Assembly: GCA_900290335.1 (NCBI GenBank)
Contig: OKRD01000013.1
Coordinates: 23,329 to 87,328 of the forward strand
DNA from: Burkholderiales bacterium
GTDB lineage: Bacteria; Pseudomonadota; Gammaproteobacteria; Burkholderiales; Burkholderiaceae_F
DNA: 64,000 nt
Reading direction: 5' to 3'
Shown: positions 21,361 through 31,751 of the stretch, piece by piece
Layout: each line of letters begins with the position of its first letter
Numbering within the stretch: the first letter of the stretch is position 1
Notes under the pieces: model-generated
The model's database searches: none
The model's input: the letters and a program-made list of their open reading frames with translations, nothing else
What the model was told of the DNA's origin: nothing
Made by a program: the position numbers and the translations under genes

Positions 21361-22461
21361 CTAGCGCTTGGCCCCCGCGGCCAGGGCACGTTCGGCCGCG
21401 CGCTGGGCCGCCTGCTGGCGCAGCGCCCGCTCCTGGATGCGGGTCGGCCAGCCCTGGGAATGGCGTTCGACCAGGTCGGCAAGCGCGCCAATGAACCGCG
21501 GCGACTCGTTCAGGCAAGGGATGTAGCGCAGTTCGCGTCCGCCGCTCGTCAGAAACTCGCGCCGCGCCTCCAGGGCGATCTCCTCGAGCGTCTCCAGGCA
21601 GTCGGCGACGAACCCGGGGCAAATCACGTCGACCCGTCCGGCGCCCTGGCGCGCCAGGGCGCGCAGCGTATCGGCGGTGTAGGGCTCGAGCCAGCGCGCG
21701 CGCCCAAATCGCGACTGGAAGCTGACGGCGTACTCGCGCGGCTGGAGCTCCAGCGCCTCGGCCAACAGCCGCCCCGTCGTGACGCACTCGCAGTGGTAGG
21801 GATCGCCAAGATCGAGATTGCGACGCGGCAGACCGTGAAAGCTGATCAGCAGCTTGTCGGGGCGGCCATGCGCGTCCCAGTGCGCCCCTACCGAGCGCCG
21901 CAACGCCTCGACGTAGCCGGCATCGTCGTGAAATCCTCGGATCCAGCGCAATTCGGGCAGGTTCCTGGTCCGCTGCAGTATGTGGGTCACGCCATCGAGC
22001 GCCGAGGCCGTGGTCGCCGCGGAATACTGCGGATACATCGGCACCACGAGAAGCCGCGAGACCTGTTCGCGGCGCATGCGCTCGAAGGCCGCGGCGATCG
22101 ACGGATCGCCGTAGCGCATCGCCAGATAGACGTCCAGATCGAGCCCGCGCCGCTGCAGCTCGGAGATCAGGGCGCGCTGCTGGCGCTCGGAATGTGCCAG
22201 CAGCGGCGAGCCTTCGTCCGTCCAGACCGAGGCATACCGTGCCGCCGACGCGGCCGATCGGGTCGGCAGAATCACGGTTTTGAGCAGCAGCCACCATGGC
22301 AGACGCGGTATTTCCACCACGCGCGGATCGAGCAGGAATTCGTGGAGGAACTGGCGCACGGCGGCCGCCGTGGGCGCGCGGGGCGTTCCGAGGTTGATCA
22401 GCAGGACCGCAGTGCGATCGACGACACCATGGGCGTGCACCGCGGCGGAAAGAAATTTCAT
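21361..22461 (-). CDS. hemH: Ferrochelatase
   Basis: NLGTP, MRYG, PMYPQYS, SFHGLP, FQSRFG and GFVADCLETLEE. Confidence 0.97.
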   Translation of the reverse strand: MKFLSAAVHAHGVVDRTAVLLINLGTPRAPTAAAVRQFLHEFLLDPRVVEIPRLPWWLLLKTVILPTRSAASAARYASVWTDEGSPLLAHSERQQRALISELQRRGLDLDVYLAMRYGDPSIAAAFERMRREQVSRLLVVPMYPQYSAATTASALDGVTHILQRTRNLPELRWIRGFHDDAGYVEALRRSVGAHWDAHGRPDKLLISFHGLPRRNLDLGDPYHCECVTTGRLLAEALELQPREYAVSFQSRFGRARWLEPYTADTLRALARQGAGRVDVICPGFVADCLETLEEIALEARREFLTSGGRELRYIPCLNESPRFIGALADLVERHSQGWPTRIQERALRQQAAQRAAERALAAGAKR

Positions 22462-22498
22462 GTATGGCCAGCAGGAGAGGATTTCCCAGCGCGCGCTG

Positions 22499-23515
22499 CT
22501 ATTCCTCGCGGGACAGGGCGCTCGAGAGCAGCTTGGCGGTGATGTCGACGATCGGAATGACGCGCTCGTAGGCCATCCGGGTCGGGCCGATTACCCCCAG
22601 CGTGCCGACCACCCTGCCGTCGACCTCGTACGGGGCAACCACCATGCTCATTTCATCGAGGGGCACCATTTGCGATTCACCGCCTATGTAGATCTGCACG
22701 CCCTCCGAGCGACTCGACTCGTCGAGCAAACCCACCAGGCGCGCCTTGTGCTCAAACAAGTCGAACAGGGCACGCAGCTTGTCCATATCGGCGGTCAGTT
22801 CACTAACCCCGATCAGGTTGCGTTCCCCCGAGATGACGACCGGTTCATTGTGCCCGACGGCTTCGGCGCCGGCGCGCACGGCGACGTTCATCAAGGCCAG
22901 AATCTCGCTGCGCAGCTGCAGCAGGTCGCGCTCCAGGCGCGTTCGCGCCTCCTCGAAGCTCAGGCCGGCAAAATGCTGGTTCAGGGCGTTGGCCGCCTCG
23001 GTGAGTTGCCCGTTGGTGTACGGCCGGTCGGTCAGCAGGATGCGATTTTGCACGTCGCCGTCGGGCGCCACCACGATCATCAGCACCCGACGTTCTGACA
23101 GTCGCAGGAACTCGACCTGGCGAAAGGTCGAGGTGCGCCTGGGCGTCAGGACCACGCCGGCGAAATGCGAGAGGTTCGAGAGCAGGTGCGCGGCCGTCTG
23201 GATCGCGCGCTGCGGCTCGGCGATCTGCATTTGCCCGTGGATGAGTTCGCTCTCGCCGGCCTCGAGCGGCTGCACGGTCAGCATGGAGTCGACGAACAAG
23301 CGGTAGCCCCGCGGCGTGGGGACGCGCCCGGCGGAGGTGTGCGGGCTCACGACAAAGCCGAGTTCCTCCAGATCCGCCATGACATTGCGTATCGTCGCCG
23401 GCGACAGCTCCAAGCCCGAGATCTTGGCCAGCACGCGCGATCCAACCGGCTGCCCTTCGATAATGTAGCGTTCGACCAGGGTCTTGAGCAAAAGCCGCGA
23501 GCGCTTATCCAGCAT
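22499..23515 (-). CDS. hrcA: Heat-inducible transcription repressor HrcA
   Basis: [27 protein letters not shown] and [10 protein letters not shown]. Confidence 0.97.
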   Translation of the reverse strand: MLDKRSRLLLKTLVERYIIEGQPVGSRVLAKISGLELSPATIRNVMADLEELGFVVSPHTSAGRVPTPRGYRLFVDSMLTVQPLEAGESELIHGQMQIAEPQRAIQTAAHLLSNLSHFAGVVLTPRRTSTFRQVEFLRLSERRVLMIVVAPDGDVQNRILLTDRPYTNGQLTEAANALNQHFAGLSFEEARTRLERDLLQLRSEILALMNVAVRAGAEAVGHNEPVVISGERNLIGVSELTADMDKLRALFDLFEHKARLVGLLDESSRSEGVQIYIGGESQMVPLDEMSMVVAPYEVDGRVVGTLGVIGPTRMAYERVIPIVDITAKLLSSALSREE

Positions 23516-23693
23516 GGGCGATTGGGTGCCGTGAATCCGATTGCAATGTCGCTGACAATACCGAAAACGAGGATCCTTTCATAGCGATCCCGCGCGGCGG
23601 CGCACCACCGGCCGCAGCCCGTCCGCCGCGCCGGCGCGCCCGCGCCTGCTCCAGCGACAGGCAACCGGCAGCGTTTCTTGCATAATCGGGCAA

Positions 23694-24599
23694 ATGAGAA
23701 CGCCCTTCCGAACCGCGGCGGTCTTTGTCAAGACCAGGACAGAGAGCAATCGTACGGCCCTGCTGCAGGCCCTGCATGCGATATTGGCCATCGTCGAACG
23801 CGCCGGCCTGCACATCCTGCTGGACGGCGAAACGTGCGCGGTCCTGGACCAGAGTCAACATCGGGGTAACTCCCTGGCGGCGATCGGCGAACAAGCCGAC
23901 GTGGCGATCGTCCTGGGCGGCGACGGTACCATGCTCAGCATTGCCCGCGAGCTGGCCGCCTACGACGTCCCGCTGATCGGAATCAATTTCGGCCGACTGG
24001 GCTTCATTACCGACATCGCCCTGCACCAGATGCCCGAGGTGCTCGAGCAGATGCTCGGCGGCAAGTTCGAAGCCGACCGGCGCACGCTGCTCGAGGGAGA
24101 GGTGCTGCACGCGGGAGCGTTGATGCTGCGCACCCACGCCCTCAACGATGTCGTGATCTCCCACGGGGTTGCCGGCGGCCTGGTGGAATTCACCGTGCGC
24201 GTCGACGGCGTCAACATGTACAACCAGCGCGCCGACGGCGTCATCCTGGCGACTCCGACCGGATCGACGGCGTACGCGCTCTCGGCCAACGGACCAATAC
24301 TGCATCCGTCGCTGGCCGGACTCGTCCTGGTGCCGGTTGCGCCGCACACGCTCTCCAACCGCCCGATCGCGCTGCCCGATGACGTGGAAATCGAGATCGA
24401 ACTGACCGAAGTGCGCGACGCCAGCGCCTATTTCGACATGCAATCGTACTCGACGCTGGCACCGAACGACCTTGTCCGGGTGCGGCGCAGCAAGCGAGTT
24501 GCGACGCTCCTGCACCCAGCCGGCTATAACTACTTCGCCACCCTGCGCCAGAAGCTGCACTGGAACGTGATGTCGAGCGAGCAGCATGGGCGCGCATGA
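23694..24599 (+). CDS. nadK: NAD kinase
   Basis: GGDGTML, GRLGF, ALND and TPTGSTAYALSA. Confidence 0.96.
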   Translation: MRTPFRTAAVFVKTRTESNRTALLQALHAILAIVERAGLHILLDGETCAVLDQSQHRGNSLAAIGEQADVAIVLGGDGTMLSIARELAAYDVPLIGINFGRLGFITDIALHQMPEVLEQMLGGKFEADRRTLLEGEVLHAGALMLRTHALNDVVISHGVAGGLVEFTVRVDGVNMYNQRADGVILATPTGSTAYALSANGPILHPSLAGLVLVPVAPHTLSNRPIALPDDVEIEIELTEVRDASAYFDMQSYSTLAPNDLVRVRRSKRVATLLHPAGYNYFATLRQKLHWNVMSSEQHGRA

Positions 24600-24687
24600 T
24601 CCCGATGGCGCGCTGGCATCCCGGGCCGGGACGCGGACGCAGCGGCGCGCCTAGCCGCGCGCCGTGCCGGCGCGGCGCCACCGTACC

Positions 24688-26370
24688 ATGCTGATCGCGC
24701 TGTCGATTCGCGATTTCGTGATCGTCGAGCGCCTCGAGCTCGAGTTCGAGGCCGGCTTTACCGTGCTGACCGGCGAGACAGGTGCCGGCAAATCGATCCT
24801 GATCGATGCCCTGGCGTTTGCGCTGGGAGAACGGGCCGAATCGGACCAGGTGCGCGAGGGGTGCGCGCGCGCCGAGGTTGCCGCCGAATTCCGCTGTGGC
24901 GCGCCGGTCCAAGGCTGGCTCGCGCAGTTCGGGTTGGACGATGCGACGCACGGCGCCGACGCCGCGAGCGTGGTCCTCACCAACGTGCTGGTGCGACGCA
25001 CCTTGGACGCGTCCGGACGCAGCCGCTCGTTCATCAATGGCAGCCCCGCGACCCTGGGACAGCTGCGCGATCTGGGCGAACTGCTGCTCGACGTCCACGG
25101 GCAGCACGAGCACCAATCCCTGCTGCGGGCGCCGGCGCAGCAGCAATTGCTAGATGCCCACGGCGGGCTCCAGGAGCAGGTGCGGGAGGTGGCCGACGCC
25201 TTCGCGACCTGGCGCGACGCCGCGCGCGCCCGCGAGCAAGCCGAGGCGGCGCGCGACCAGGCCGCCGCCGACAGCGCGCAGCTGCGTCAGCTCGTCGAGG
25301 AGTTGCACCGCCTGGCCCCGGAGCCCGGCGAATGGGAGCGCGTCGCGGCCGAGCAGACCCGCCTCGCCCACGGGGCGGCATTGATGGAGGGTGCGCGCCT
25401 TGCGCTGGACACGATCGCCGAGTCCGACGACGCCGCCCAGCCGCGCCTGGCAAAGACCGCGGCACGGCTGGAGGCGCTTTGCGCATTTGACCCGCGCCTG
25501 GCCCCGGTGCTGGCGGCGCTGGCCGGCGCCGGCGTTCAGCTGGAGGAAGCGTGCCGGGAGCTGCACCACTATGTCGCGAACTGCGAACCCGACGAGGGCC
25601 GGCTGGCATACGTCGAGGAGCGAATAGCCGCGCTGCACGCCGCGGGACGCAAGTGGCGCACTGCCCCCGCGCAGTTGCCGGCCCTGCTCGAGACTTCACG
25701 CATGCGCCTGGAAAGCCTCACCCACTCCCAGAACCTGGAGCAGTTGCGAGCAGCCGAATCCAAGGCCGCAGCGCACTTCCAGCTTCTGGCCGACGCCCTG
25801 TCGAGCGCCCGGCAGCGCGCCGCCGAGAACATGGGGCGCGACGTCAGCCGGGCGATGCAAGAGCTGGCCATGACGGGCGCGCGCTTTGCGGTGCGGCTTA
25901 TCCCGACCGACGCCACCGCCGGCGGCCGGGAGAAAGCCGAGTTCCTGGTGAGGGGACACGATTCGGGCAGCGCCCGCCCCCTAGCCAAGGTGGCTTCCGG
26001 CGGCGAACTCTCGCGCATCGGCCTGGCGATATCGGTAATCGCGGCCACTGCCAACCTCGTGCCGACGCTGATCTTTGACGAAGTCGACGCCGGAATTGGC
26101 GGGCAGGTCGCCGCGACGGTGGGCCGGCTGCTGCGCGAGCTCGGAAAATCACGCCAGGTATTTTGCGTCACGCACCTGCCGCAGGTCGCGTCCTGCGGCG
26201 ATCACCACTTTGCCGTACGCAAAACCAGCCAGCCCGGCGGCCGGCCACTATCGAGCGCCGAACCCCTGGTGGGCAACGCCCGCGTACAGGAGATCGCACG
26301 CATGCTCGGCGGCACGGAAATCACCAAGCTCACCGAACAGCACGCGCGCGAAATGCTTACAGGCCGCTAA
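24688..26370 (+). CDS. recN: DNA repair protein RecN
   Basis: TGETGAGKS, HGQHEHQ, ASGGELSR, FDEVDAGIGG and THLPQVA. Confidence 0.97.
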   Translation: MLIALSIRDFVIVERLELEFEAGFTVLTGETGAGKSILIDALAFALGERAESDQVREGCARAEVAAEFRCGAPVQGWLAQFGLDDATHGADAASVVLTNVLVRRTLDASGRSRSFINGSPATLGQLRDLGELLLDVHGQHEHQSLLRAPAQQQLLDAHGGLQEQVREVADAFATWRDAARAREQAEAARDQAAADSAQLRQLVEELHRLAPEPGEWERVAAEQTRLAHGAALMEGARLALDTIAESDDAAQPRLAKTAARLEALCAFDPRLAPVLAALAGAGVQLEEACRELHHYVANCEPDEGRLAYVEERIAALHAAGRKWRTAPAQLPALLETSRMRLESLTHSQNLEQLRAAESKAAAHFQLLADALSSARQRAAENMGRDVSRAMQELAMTGARFAVRLIPTDATAGGREKAEFLVRGHDSGSARPLAKVASGGELSRIGLAISVIAATANLVPTLIFDEVDAGIGGQVAATVGRLLRELGKSRQVFCVTHLPQVASCGDHHFAVRKTSQPGGRPLSSAEPLVGNARVQEIARMLGGTEITKLTEQHAREMLTGR

Positions 26371-26414
26371 GCGGTGCACGTGTTGCGGGCCGCAGACCAT
26401 CGCACCGGCGTGCG

Positions 26415-26873
26415 CTAATCCTCCTTGGGGCGATTCGGGCAGTTCTTATTGCGGCACACTCCGTAGAGCGCAAGCGCGTGTTCCTGCAGCTCGAACCCGC
26501 GCTCGGAAGCGACGCGGCGCTGGCGCTCTTCGATTTCGGGGTCCACGAACTCTTCCACGTGGCCGCAGTTGACGCAGACAAGGTGATCGTGGTGCGGACC
26601 TTCGTTAAGTTCGAAGACCGCCCGGCCCGCCTCGAAGTGCCGCCGCGACAGCAAGCCCGCCTGCTCAAACTGGGTCAATACCCGGTACACGGTCGCCAAT
26701 CCGACATCGAGCCGCTCGGCGCTCAGCAGGCGGTAGACGTCCTCCGCACTCAGGTGGTGCTCCCCGGTCTGAGCCGCCTGGCGCTGGAAGATCTCGAGAA
26801 TCTTCAAGCGAGGAGCGGTAGCCTTGAGTCCACTGACCTTTAGTTCGCTTGCGCTTTGGTTTCGCGGCATCAT
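26415..26873 (-). CDS. fur: Ferric uptake regulator
   Basis: [17 protein letters not shown] and HHDHLVCxxC; divergent from bamE as is usual. Confidence 0.97.
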   Translation of the reverse strand: MMPRNQSASELKVSGLKATAPRLKILEIFQRQAAQTGEHHLSAEDVYRLLSAERLDVGLATVYRVLTQFEQAGLLSRRHFEAGRAVFELNEGPHHDHLVCVNCGHVEEFVDPEIEERQRRVASERGFELQEHALALYGVCRNKNCPNRPKED

Positions 26874-27019
26874 GTGCTCTTCGGCTCATTGACACAAGAA
26901 AGTACCAAGGGTGACCGTGCTGCGCGATGGTTCAACGCGCCCACCCGCGGCGCGAACGGCCGCGACCAGCTCCTCCATCGCTCAGCCGGTATCATAGCGT
27001 CGCGCCGTTGCCGGCGACC

Positions 27020-27038
27020 GATTTGATTCTCGTTTGGA
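27020..27038. promoter_or_regulatory. Possible Fur box between fur and bamE
   Basis: Minus strand CCAAACGAGAATCAAATCG is an AT-rich patch resembling AAATGAGAATCATT-type Fur sites, but only a partial match. Confidence 0.3.
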
Positions 27039-27051
27039 TTTGTCCTGGGTC

Positions 27052-27495
27052 ATGAACCGAAGAAGAATAACCGCTGCCTGTCTGGTCGCCGCGACGCTGG
27101 CCGGCACGGCCTGCTCCTCGGCCTGGGTTCCGAACTTCCTGCGGCCGTACCACCCGGATGTTCAACAGGGCAATGTCATCACCAAGGACATGGTCGATCA
27201 GCTGCGCCCCGGGATGACGCGCGATCAGGTTCGGTTCCTGCTGGGAACTCCCATGCTGACGGATGTTTTTCACCAGGATCGCTGGGACTACCCCTATTAC
27301 CTGCGCCGGCGCACCGGCGAGACCCAGATCCGCAAGCTGTCCGTGGTCTTTGAGGATGGCAAGCTGGCGCGTTTCGCAAGCGACCCGATGCCGGCCGAAC
27401 CACTTGCCGACAGCCTGATCCTCGGGCAAAAGCCAAAGCCGGCCGCAGCCGCGCCGAACCCGACGCCGCCGGCGCCCGTGCCGGTACCCAACTGA
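27052..27495 (+). CDS. bamE: Outer-membrane assembly lipoprotein BamE
   Basis: Lipobox [22 protein letters not shown] and RWDY. Confidence 0.96.
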   Translation: MNRRRITAACLVAATLAGTACSSAWVPNFLRPYHPDVQQGNVITKDMVDQLRPGMTRDQVRFLLGTPMLTDVFHQDRWDYPYYLRRRTGETQIRKLSVVFEDGKLARFASDPMPAEPLADSLILGQKPKPAAAAPNPTPPAPVPVPN

Positions 27496-27548
27496 GGCCG
27501 TGGCGCTTGCCGGCGAACTCCCTTGCGTCCACGACGACTCGCAGCATC

Positions 27549-28340
27549 ATGAAGCTTGCCATCGCCGGTAGCAGCGGACGCATGGGCCGCACGATCATCG
27601 AGGCAGCGCTCGGCGTCGCCGACATGCAGGTCGTTGCCGCACTCGATCGGCCCGATAGTCCCGAACTGGGGCGCGACTGCGCGGAATTTCTCGGCACGAG
27701 GCTCGGCGTGCCGATCGTTGCCGACCTTGCTGCCATTGGCCAAGCCGACGTGCTGATCGATTTCACGCGGCCGGCGGCGACCCTGGCGCACCTGCAGATC
27801 TGTTGCGCCGCCGGGGTAGGCGCGGTGATCGGCACGACCGGCTTCGACGCCTCCGGCAAGGCGGCTCTGGCTGCCGCCGCCGCGAGCACGGCGCTCGTCG
27901 TGGCGCCGAACATGAGCGTGGGAGTACAGGCGATGCTTCGCCTGGTGGAACTGGGCGCGCGGCTGCTGGCGCAGGGCTACGACCTGGAAATCATCGAGGC
28001 ACACCACCGGGACAAGATCGACGCACCTTCGGGCACCGCCCTGCAGCTGGGCGAAGTCGCGGCACGCGCCCGCGGCCAGTCCTTGGAGGACTGCGCGGTG
28101 TTTGCGCGCCATGGCAATACCGGGCCGCGATCGGCCGGCAGCATCGGCTTTGCCGCAATCCGCGGCGGCGACATCATCGGCGATCACACGGTGCTGTTTG
28201 CCGGCACCGGCGAACGCATCGAGATCACGCACCGCTCGTCGAGCCGGACGGCATACGCGCAGGGCGCCTTGCGGGCCGCGCGTTTTCTCCAGGGCCGCTC
28301 CAAAGGCCTTTTTGACATGCAGGACGTAATGACGTCGTGA
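27549..28340 (+). CDS. dapB: 4-hydroxy-tetrahydrodipicolinate reductase
   Basis: GSSGRMG, DFT, GTTG and [15 protein letters not shown]. Confidence 0.97.
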   Translation: MKLAIAGSSGRMGRTIIEAALGVADMQVVAALDRPDSPELGRDCAEFLGTRLGVPIVADLAAIGQADVLIDFTRPAATLAHLQICCAAGVGAVIGTTGFDASGKAALAAAAASTALVVAPNMSVGVQAMLRLVELGARLLAQGYDLEIIEAHHRDKIDAPSGTALQLGEVAARARGQSLEDCAVFARHGNTGPRSAGSIGFAAIRGGDIIGDHTVLFAGTGERIEITHRSSSRTAYAQGALRAARFLQGRSKGLFDMQDVMTS

Positions 28341-29218
28341 AGCGCTTCTCGCGCGGCCTGCGCGCGGGCGTGATCGTCGGCATGCTGGCAGCAGCCGCCT
28401 GCGCGCGCGCCTACACGGTGATCGACGACAGTGGCCGCACGCTCAGCCTGGCACGGCCGGCAGAACGCATTGTCAGCCTGTCACCGGGCATCACGGAGCT
28501 GCTGTTTGCGCTGGGCGTCGGCAATCGCGTCGTCGCCGTCAGCGAGTTCTCCGATTACCCGGCCGCCGCGCGTTCGCTGCCGCGCGTAGCACGGGCGCAG
28601 GGCATCGATCTGGAGCGCATCGCGGCCTTGCAGCCCGACCTGGTCGTGGTATGGGGAAGTGGCTATGCGCCCGCGCTGCTGGAGGCCCTGCGCCGGCTCG
28701 CCGTCCCGATGTACGTCCATGAGCCGCGCACGCTCGATGCGATCGCCAGGTCGATCGAGCGGCTGGGCGAGCTGACGGCATCGGATCGCGCCGCGGCCAT
28801 CAGCGCCGACTTTCGCTCGCGCCTTGCCGCCCTGCACCGGCGCTACGCGCGGCGCGTGACCGTGCGCGTCTTCTACCAGGTATGGGCCAACCCGATCATG
28901 ACCTTGTCGGGCAAGCACTTGGTGAGCGAGCTGATGCGAACTTGCGGTGCCAGCAACATTTTTGAAGACCTCGGGCCACTGGTGGCAACCGTTGATATCG
29001 AGTCGGTCATCGCGGCCCGGCCCGAGGTCATCATCGCCGCCGAGCCCGGCGGCGCCGACCGGGGAGCACTCGCCGCCTGGCGGCGCTACCCCCAGCTGCC
29101 CGCCGTCGCGAACGATCATCTCGTCACGTTGGACGCCGACGAACTGGACCGCGCAACCGTGCGCATACTCGACGCGGCCGCGGCAATGTGTGAACAGGTC
29201 GATCGCGCGCGGCCCTGA
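28337..29218 (+). CDS. btuF: Periplasmic cobalamin-binding protein (BtuF-like)
   Basis: Signal peptide, [21 protein letters not shown] and E.I.AL.PD; next to btuBCD. GTGA overlap with dapB. Confidence 0.82.
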   Translation: MKRFSRGLRAGVIVGMLAAAACARAYTVIDDSGRTLSLARPAERIVSLSPGITELLFALGVGNRVVAVSEFSDYPAAARSLPRVARAQGIDLERIAALQPDLVVVWGSGYAPALLEALRRLAVPMYVHEPRTLDAIARSIERLGELTASDRAAAISADFRSRLAALHRRYARRVTVRVFYQVWANPIMTLSGKHLVSELMRTCGASNIFEDLGPLVATVDIESVIAARPEVIIAAEPGGADRGALAAWRRYPQLPAVANDHLVTLDADELDRATVRILDAAAAMCEQVDRARP

Positions 29219-29245
29219 CCGGGCCAACGCGACGCACCCGCGAAC

Positions 29246-29881
29246 TCAGATGGCCCGGCGGCCGTTGCTGGTCCAGTTGATGATCGGCGTCCATTGCTCG
29301 ATGTCCTGCTGGACACGAGCCGGGGCAACGTCCCACAGGGTCAGACCCTGTGCCGCAAGCTGCACGTACAGTTGCGTATCGCGCAAGAATCCGAGGAACG
29401 GAATGCGGGTTTGCTCGACGTAGCGCTCGAGCTGCAGCGCAGCGCGGGTGCGCGGATCGACCCGTGTGCCGACGATGGCCACGCGGCCGTTCGTGGTAGT
29501 GGCGCCGTATTCGGCCAGCTTGCCGAGGAAGGCATGGGTTGCCTGGATATCGAAGAGCGAGGCCTGCAACGGGACGATGATCTTGGCGGCCAGCCGGACC
29601 GCATCCCGGAGGGCCGGACCGTCGACACCGGCAGGCGTATCGAGCACGATATGGGTGACCCCGCGCGGCGGCTTGGCGACGCCGCCATTCGAGAAGTCCC
29701 AGGACGAGATCGTGGCCGCGCTCTCGGGCCGCAGCCTGAGCCAGCTGCGGATCGATTGCTGTCGATCGAGATCACCGAGCATGGTGCGCTCACCGCGCCC
29801 AGCGTAAAAACCTGCAAGATTGGAGGCGACGGTCGACTTGCCAACACCGCCCTTGGAATTTGCAATGAGGATAACCGGCAT
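29246..29881 (-). CDS. Short orphan ParA/MinD-family ATPase
   Basis: Deviant Walker [16 protein letters not shown] and LDTPAG; no parB nearby. Confidence 0.88.
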   Translation of the reverse strand: MPVILIANSKGGVGKSTVASNLAGFYAGRGERTMLGDLDRQQSIRSWLRLRPESAATISSWDFSNGGVAKPPRGVTHIVLDTPAGVDGPALRDAVRLAAKIIVPLQASLFDIQATHAFLGKLAEYGATTTNGRVAIVGTRVDPRTRAALQLERYVEQTRIPFLGFLRDTQLYVQLAAQGLTLWDVAPARVQQDIEQWTPIINWTSNGRRAI

Positions 29882-29937
29882 GGGGAACGGATTTGCGCGC
29901 GACGCGGCGGTTGAGGAAAGGCGGAACTATATCGGAA

Positions 29938-30723
29938 TCAGGCGAGCACGCCGCCCGTTGACACGAACACGCGATGTGCGCCGACCTCGATTTGGATGAT
30001 CTCCGTGGCAAACAGCGGAGAAAGATTCTCCTGGGTCAGTACCGCGCCGCTCTTGCCGGCCTGCCAGCTGCCGTCGCCGGCAAGCAGCAGCGCGTGCGTG
30101 GCAAATCGAGCCGCAGCGTTGATGTCATGTAACGCAGCGATGATGGTGCGGTCGGTCCGCTGACCGAGTTGCCGTAGAACCTGGACCTGGTGCCGCGGAT
30201 CCTGGTGCGAAATGGGCTCGTCAAGCAAGAGCAAGGCGGTGTCCTGCGCCAGGCCGGCTGCCAGCGCCACGCGCTGGCGCTCGCCACGGGAGAGGCGGCG
30301 CACGTCGCGCTCGGCCAGCGCAGCGCAGTCCATGGCCACTAGGCACTGGCGGGCGATCGCCTCGGACTCGGGGTCGGTCCGCGCTGCACCCGGTATGCCG
30401 CGCAGGCGATAGCGCGCGGCAATCACGGTCTCCAGCACGCTGGTCGGGAACGGATCGATCCAGCGGTCCGCAACCAGGGCACGCAGGCCCGCCAGGCGCT
30501 CGACGCTCCACCGGGCCAGCGGCTGTCCGGCCAGATCGATCGTGCCGCCGTCGGCCGGGCGCACGCCCGCCAGCACGTGCAGCAAGGACGTCTTGCCGGC
30601 GCCGTTGGGGCCGACCAGCGCCCAGCGCTCGCCTGCTGCGATGTCGATGTGCAAGGAACGGACCAGACAGCGGTCGCCGTAGCGAACGCCCACGGCGCGG
30701 CAGGCAAGCAGTGCTGCGGTCAT
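29938..30723 (-). CDS. btuD: ABC transporter ATP-binding subunit (BtuD/FecE-like)
   Basis: GPNGAGKT, LSRGERQR, LLLDEP and ALHD; its ATG overlaps the permease stop. Confidence 0.82.
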   Translation of the reverse strand: MTAALLACRAVGVRYGDRCLVRSLHIDIAAGERWALVGPNGAGKTSLLHVLAGVRPADGGTIDLAGQPLARWSVERLAGLRALVADRWIDPFPTSVLETVIAARYRLRGIPGAARTDPESEAIARQCLVAMDCAALAERDVRRLSRGERQRVALAAGLAQDTALLLLDEPISHQDPRHQVQVLRQLGQRTDRTIIAALHDINAAARFATHALLLAGDGSWQAGKSGAVLTQENLSPLFATEIIQIEVGAHRVFVSTGGVLA

Positions 30724-31742
30724 GGTCGCTGCAACTGCCAAATGAAGACGGGCACCCCGACCAGCGCCGTCAGCGCGCCGACCGGAAGCTGCAGGGGCGC
30801 CGCGATCGAACGGCCGATCGTATCGGCCAGCAGCACGAGGATGGCACCGAGCAGCGATGCGGCGGGCAGGACGACGCGTTGGTTGGCACCGACGAAGTAC
30901 CGAACCAGATGCGGGGCGACGAAGCCAACGAAGCCTACGGCACCGGCGAGGGCCACGGCAATTCCTGTCGCAACGGCCGTCAGCGCAATCAGTCGCCTGC
31001 GGACCTGCGCGGTCGCCACGCCTTGGGTATAGGCCTGCAGTTCCCCGCCCAGCATCAAGTTGAGCGCAGCCGCGTCGCGCACGCCGAACACCAGCAGCAG
31101 CAGCCAACACGCCACGGCCAGTGCGGCCAGGCCCGCACTGACAACCCCGCCCAGGTCACCGAGCAGCCAAAAGACCATCGTCCGCAGCTTGCCATCGGGG
31201 GCCAGCGAAAGCGCCAGGCTCAGCGCAGCGGCGCACAGCGAGGCGATCATCACCCCGGTCAGCAGGATCGCGCTATCGCGTCCCTGATCGAGCGCCGCGT
31301 CGCGCGCGAACAAGGCGCGGTGGGCCAGCACGAAAAGCAGCGACAAGGCCAAAAGCGCGCCTCCGGCCGCGCACAGCGCGATCGCCGCGGCGCCCGCCCC
31401 GGCGGCGATCGCCAGCATTGCCGCACACGAAGCGCCACCCGAGACGCCGAGCACGTAGGGATCGGCCAGCGGATTGCGCAGCAAGGCCTGCAGCAGCGCC
31501 CCCGACAGTGCCAGCAGGCCGCCCACCGCCATCCCGGTCAATGCCCGCGGCAATCGCAGCGCCAGCAGCGTGGCGGCCAAGGACTGCTCGTCGCCCCCTT
31601 GCACGAGATCGAGCAGGGCATGCCACATCGCTCCCGTGCTGACTCCGACACTGCCAAATCGCAGGGCCGTCAGCAAGGCAACGAGCGTACCGGCCACCAG
31701 GATCTGCAAAGCATACGCAGCACGCAGGCGCGGCAGGCCCAC
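30720..31742 (-). CDS. btuC: FecCD/BtuC-family ABC permease
   Basis: LRLPRA, Q.LLRNPLADPYVLGVSGGA, FWLLG, GFVGFVAPH and LPVG. Confidence 0.87.
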   Translation of the reverse strand: MGLPRLRAAYALQILVAGTLVALLTALRFGSVGVSTGAMWHALLDLVQGGDEQSLAATLLALRLPRALTGMAVGGLLALSGALLQALLRNPLADPYVLGVSGGASCAAMLAIAAGAGAAAIALCAAGGALLALSLLFVLAHRALFARDAALDQGRDSAILLTGVMIASLCAAALSLALSLAPDGKLRTMVFWLLGDLGGVVSAGLAALAVACWLLLLVFGVRDAAALNLMLGGELQAYTQGVATAQVRRRLIALTAVATGIAVALAGAVGFVGFVAPHLVRYFVGANQRVVLPAASLLGAILVLLADTIGRSIAAPLQLPVGALTALVGVPVFIWQLQRP

Positions 31743-31751
31743 GGCATGCCC

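Noticed and set aside
20571-23693. CIRCE element for HrcA
   Set aside because: No TTAGCACTC-N9-GAGTGCTAA was found upstream of hrcA, grpE or dnaK; only a sigma-32-type promoter is evident.
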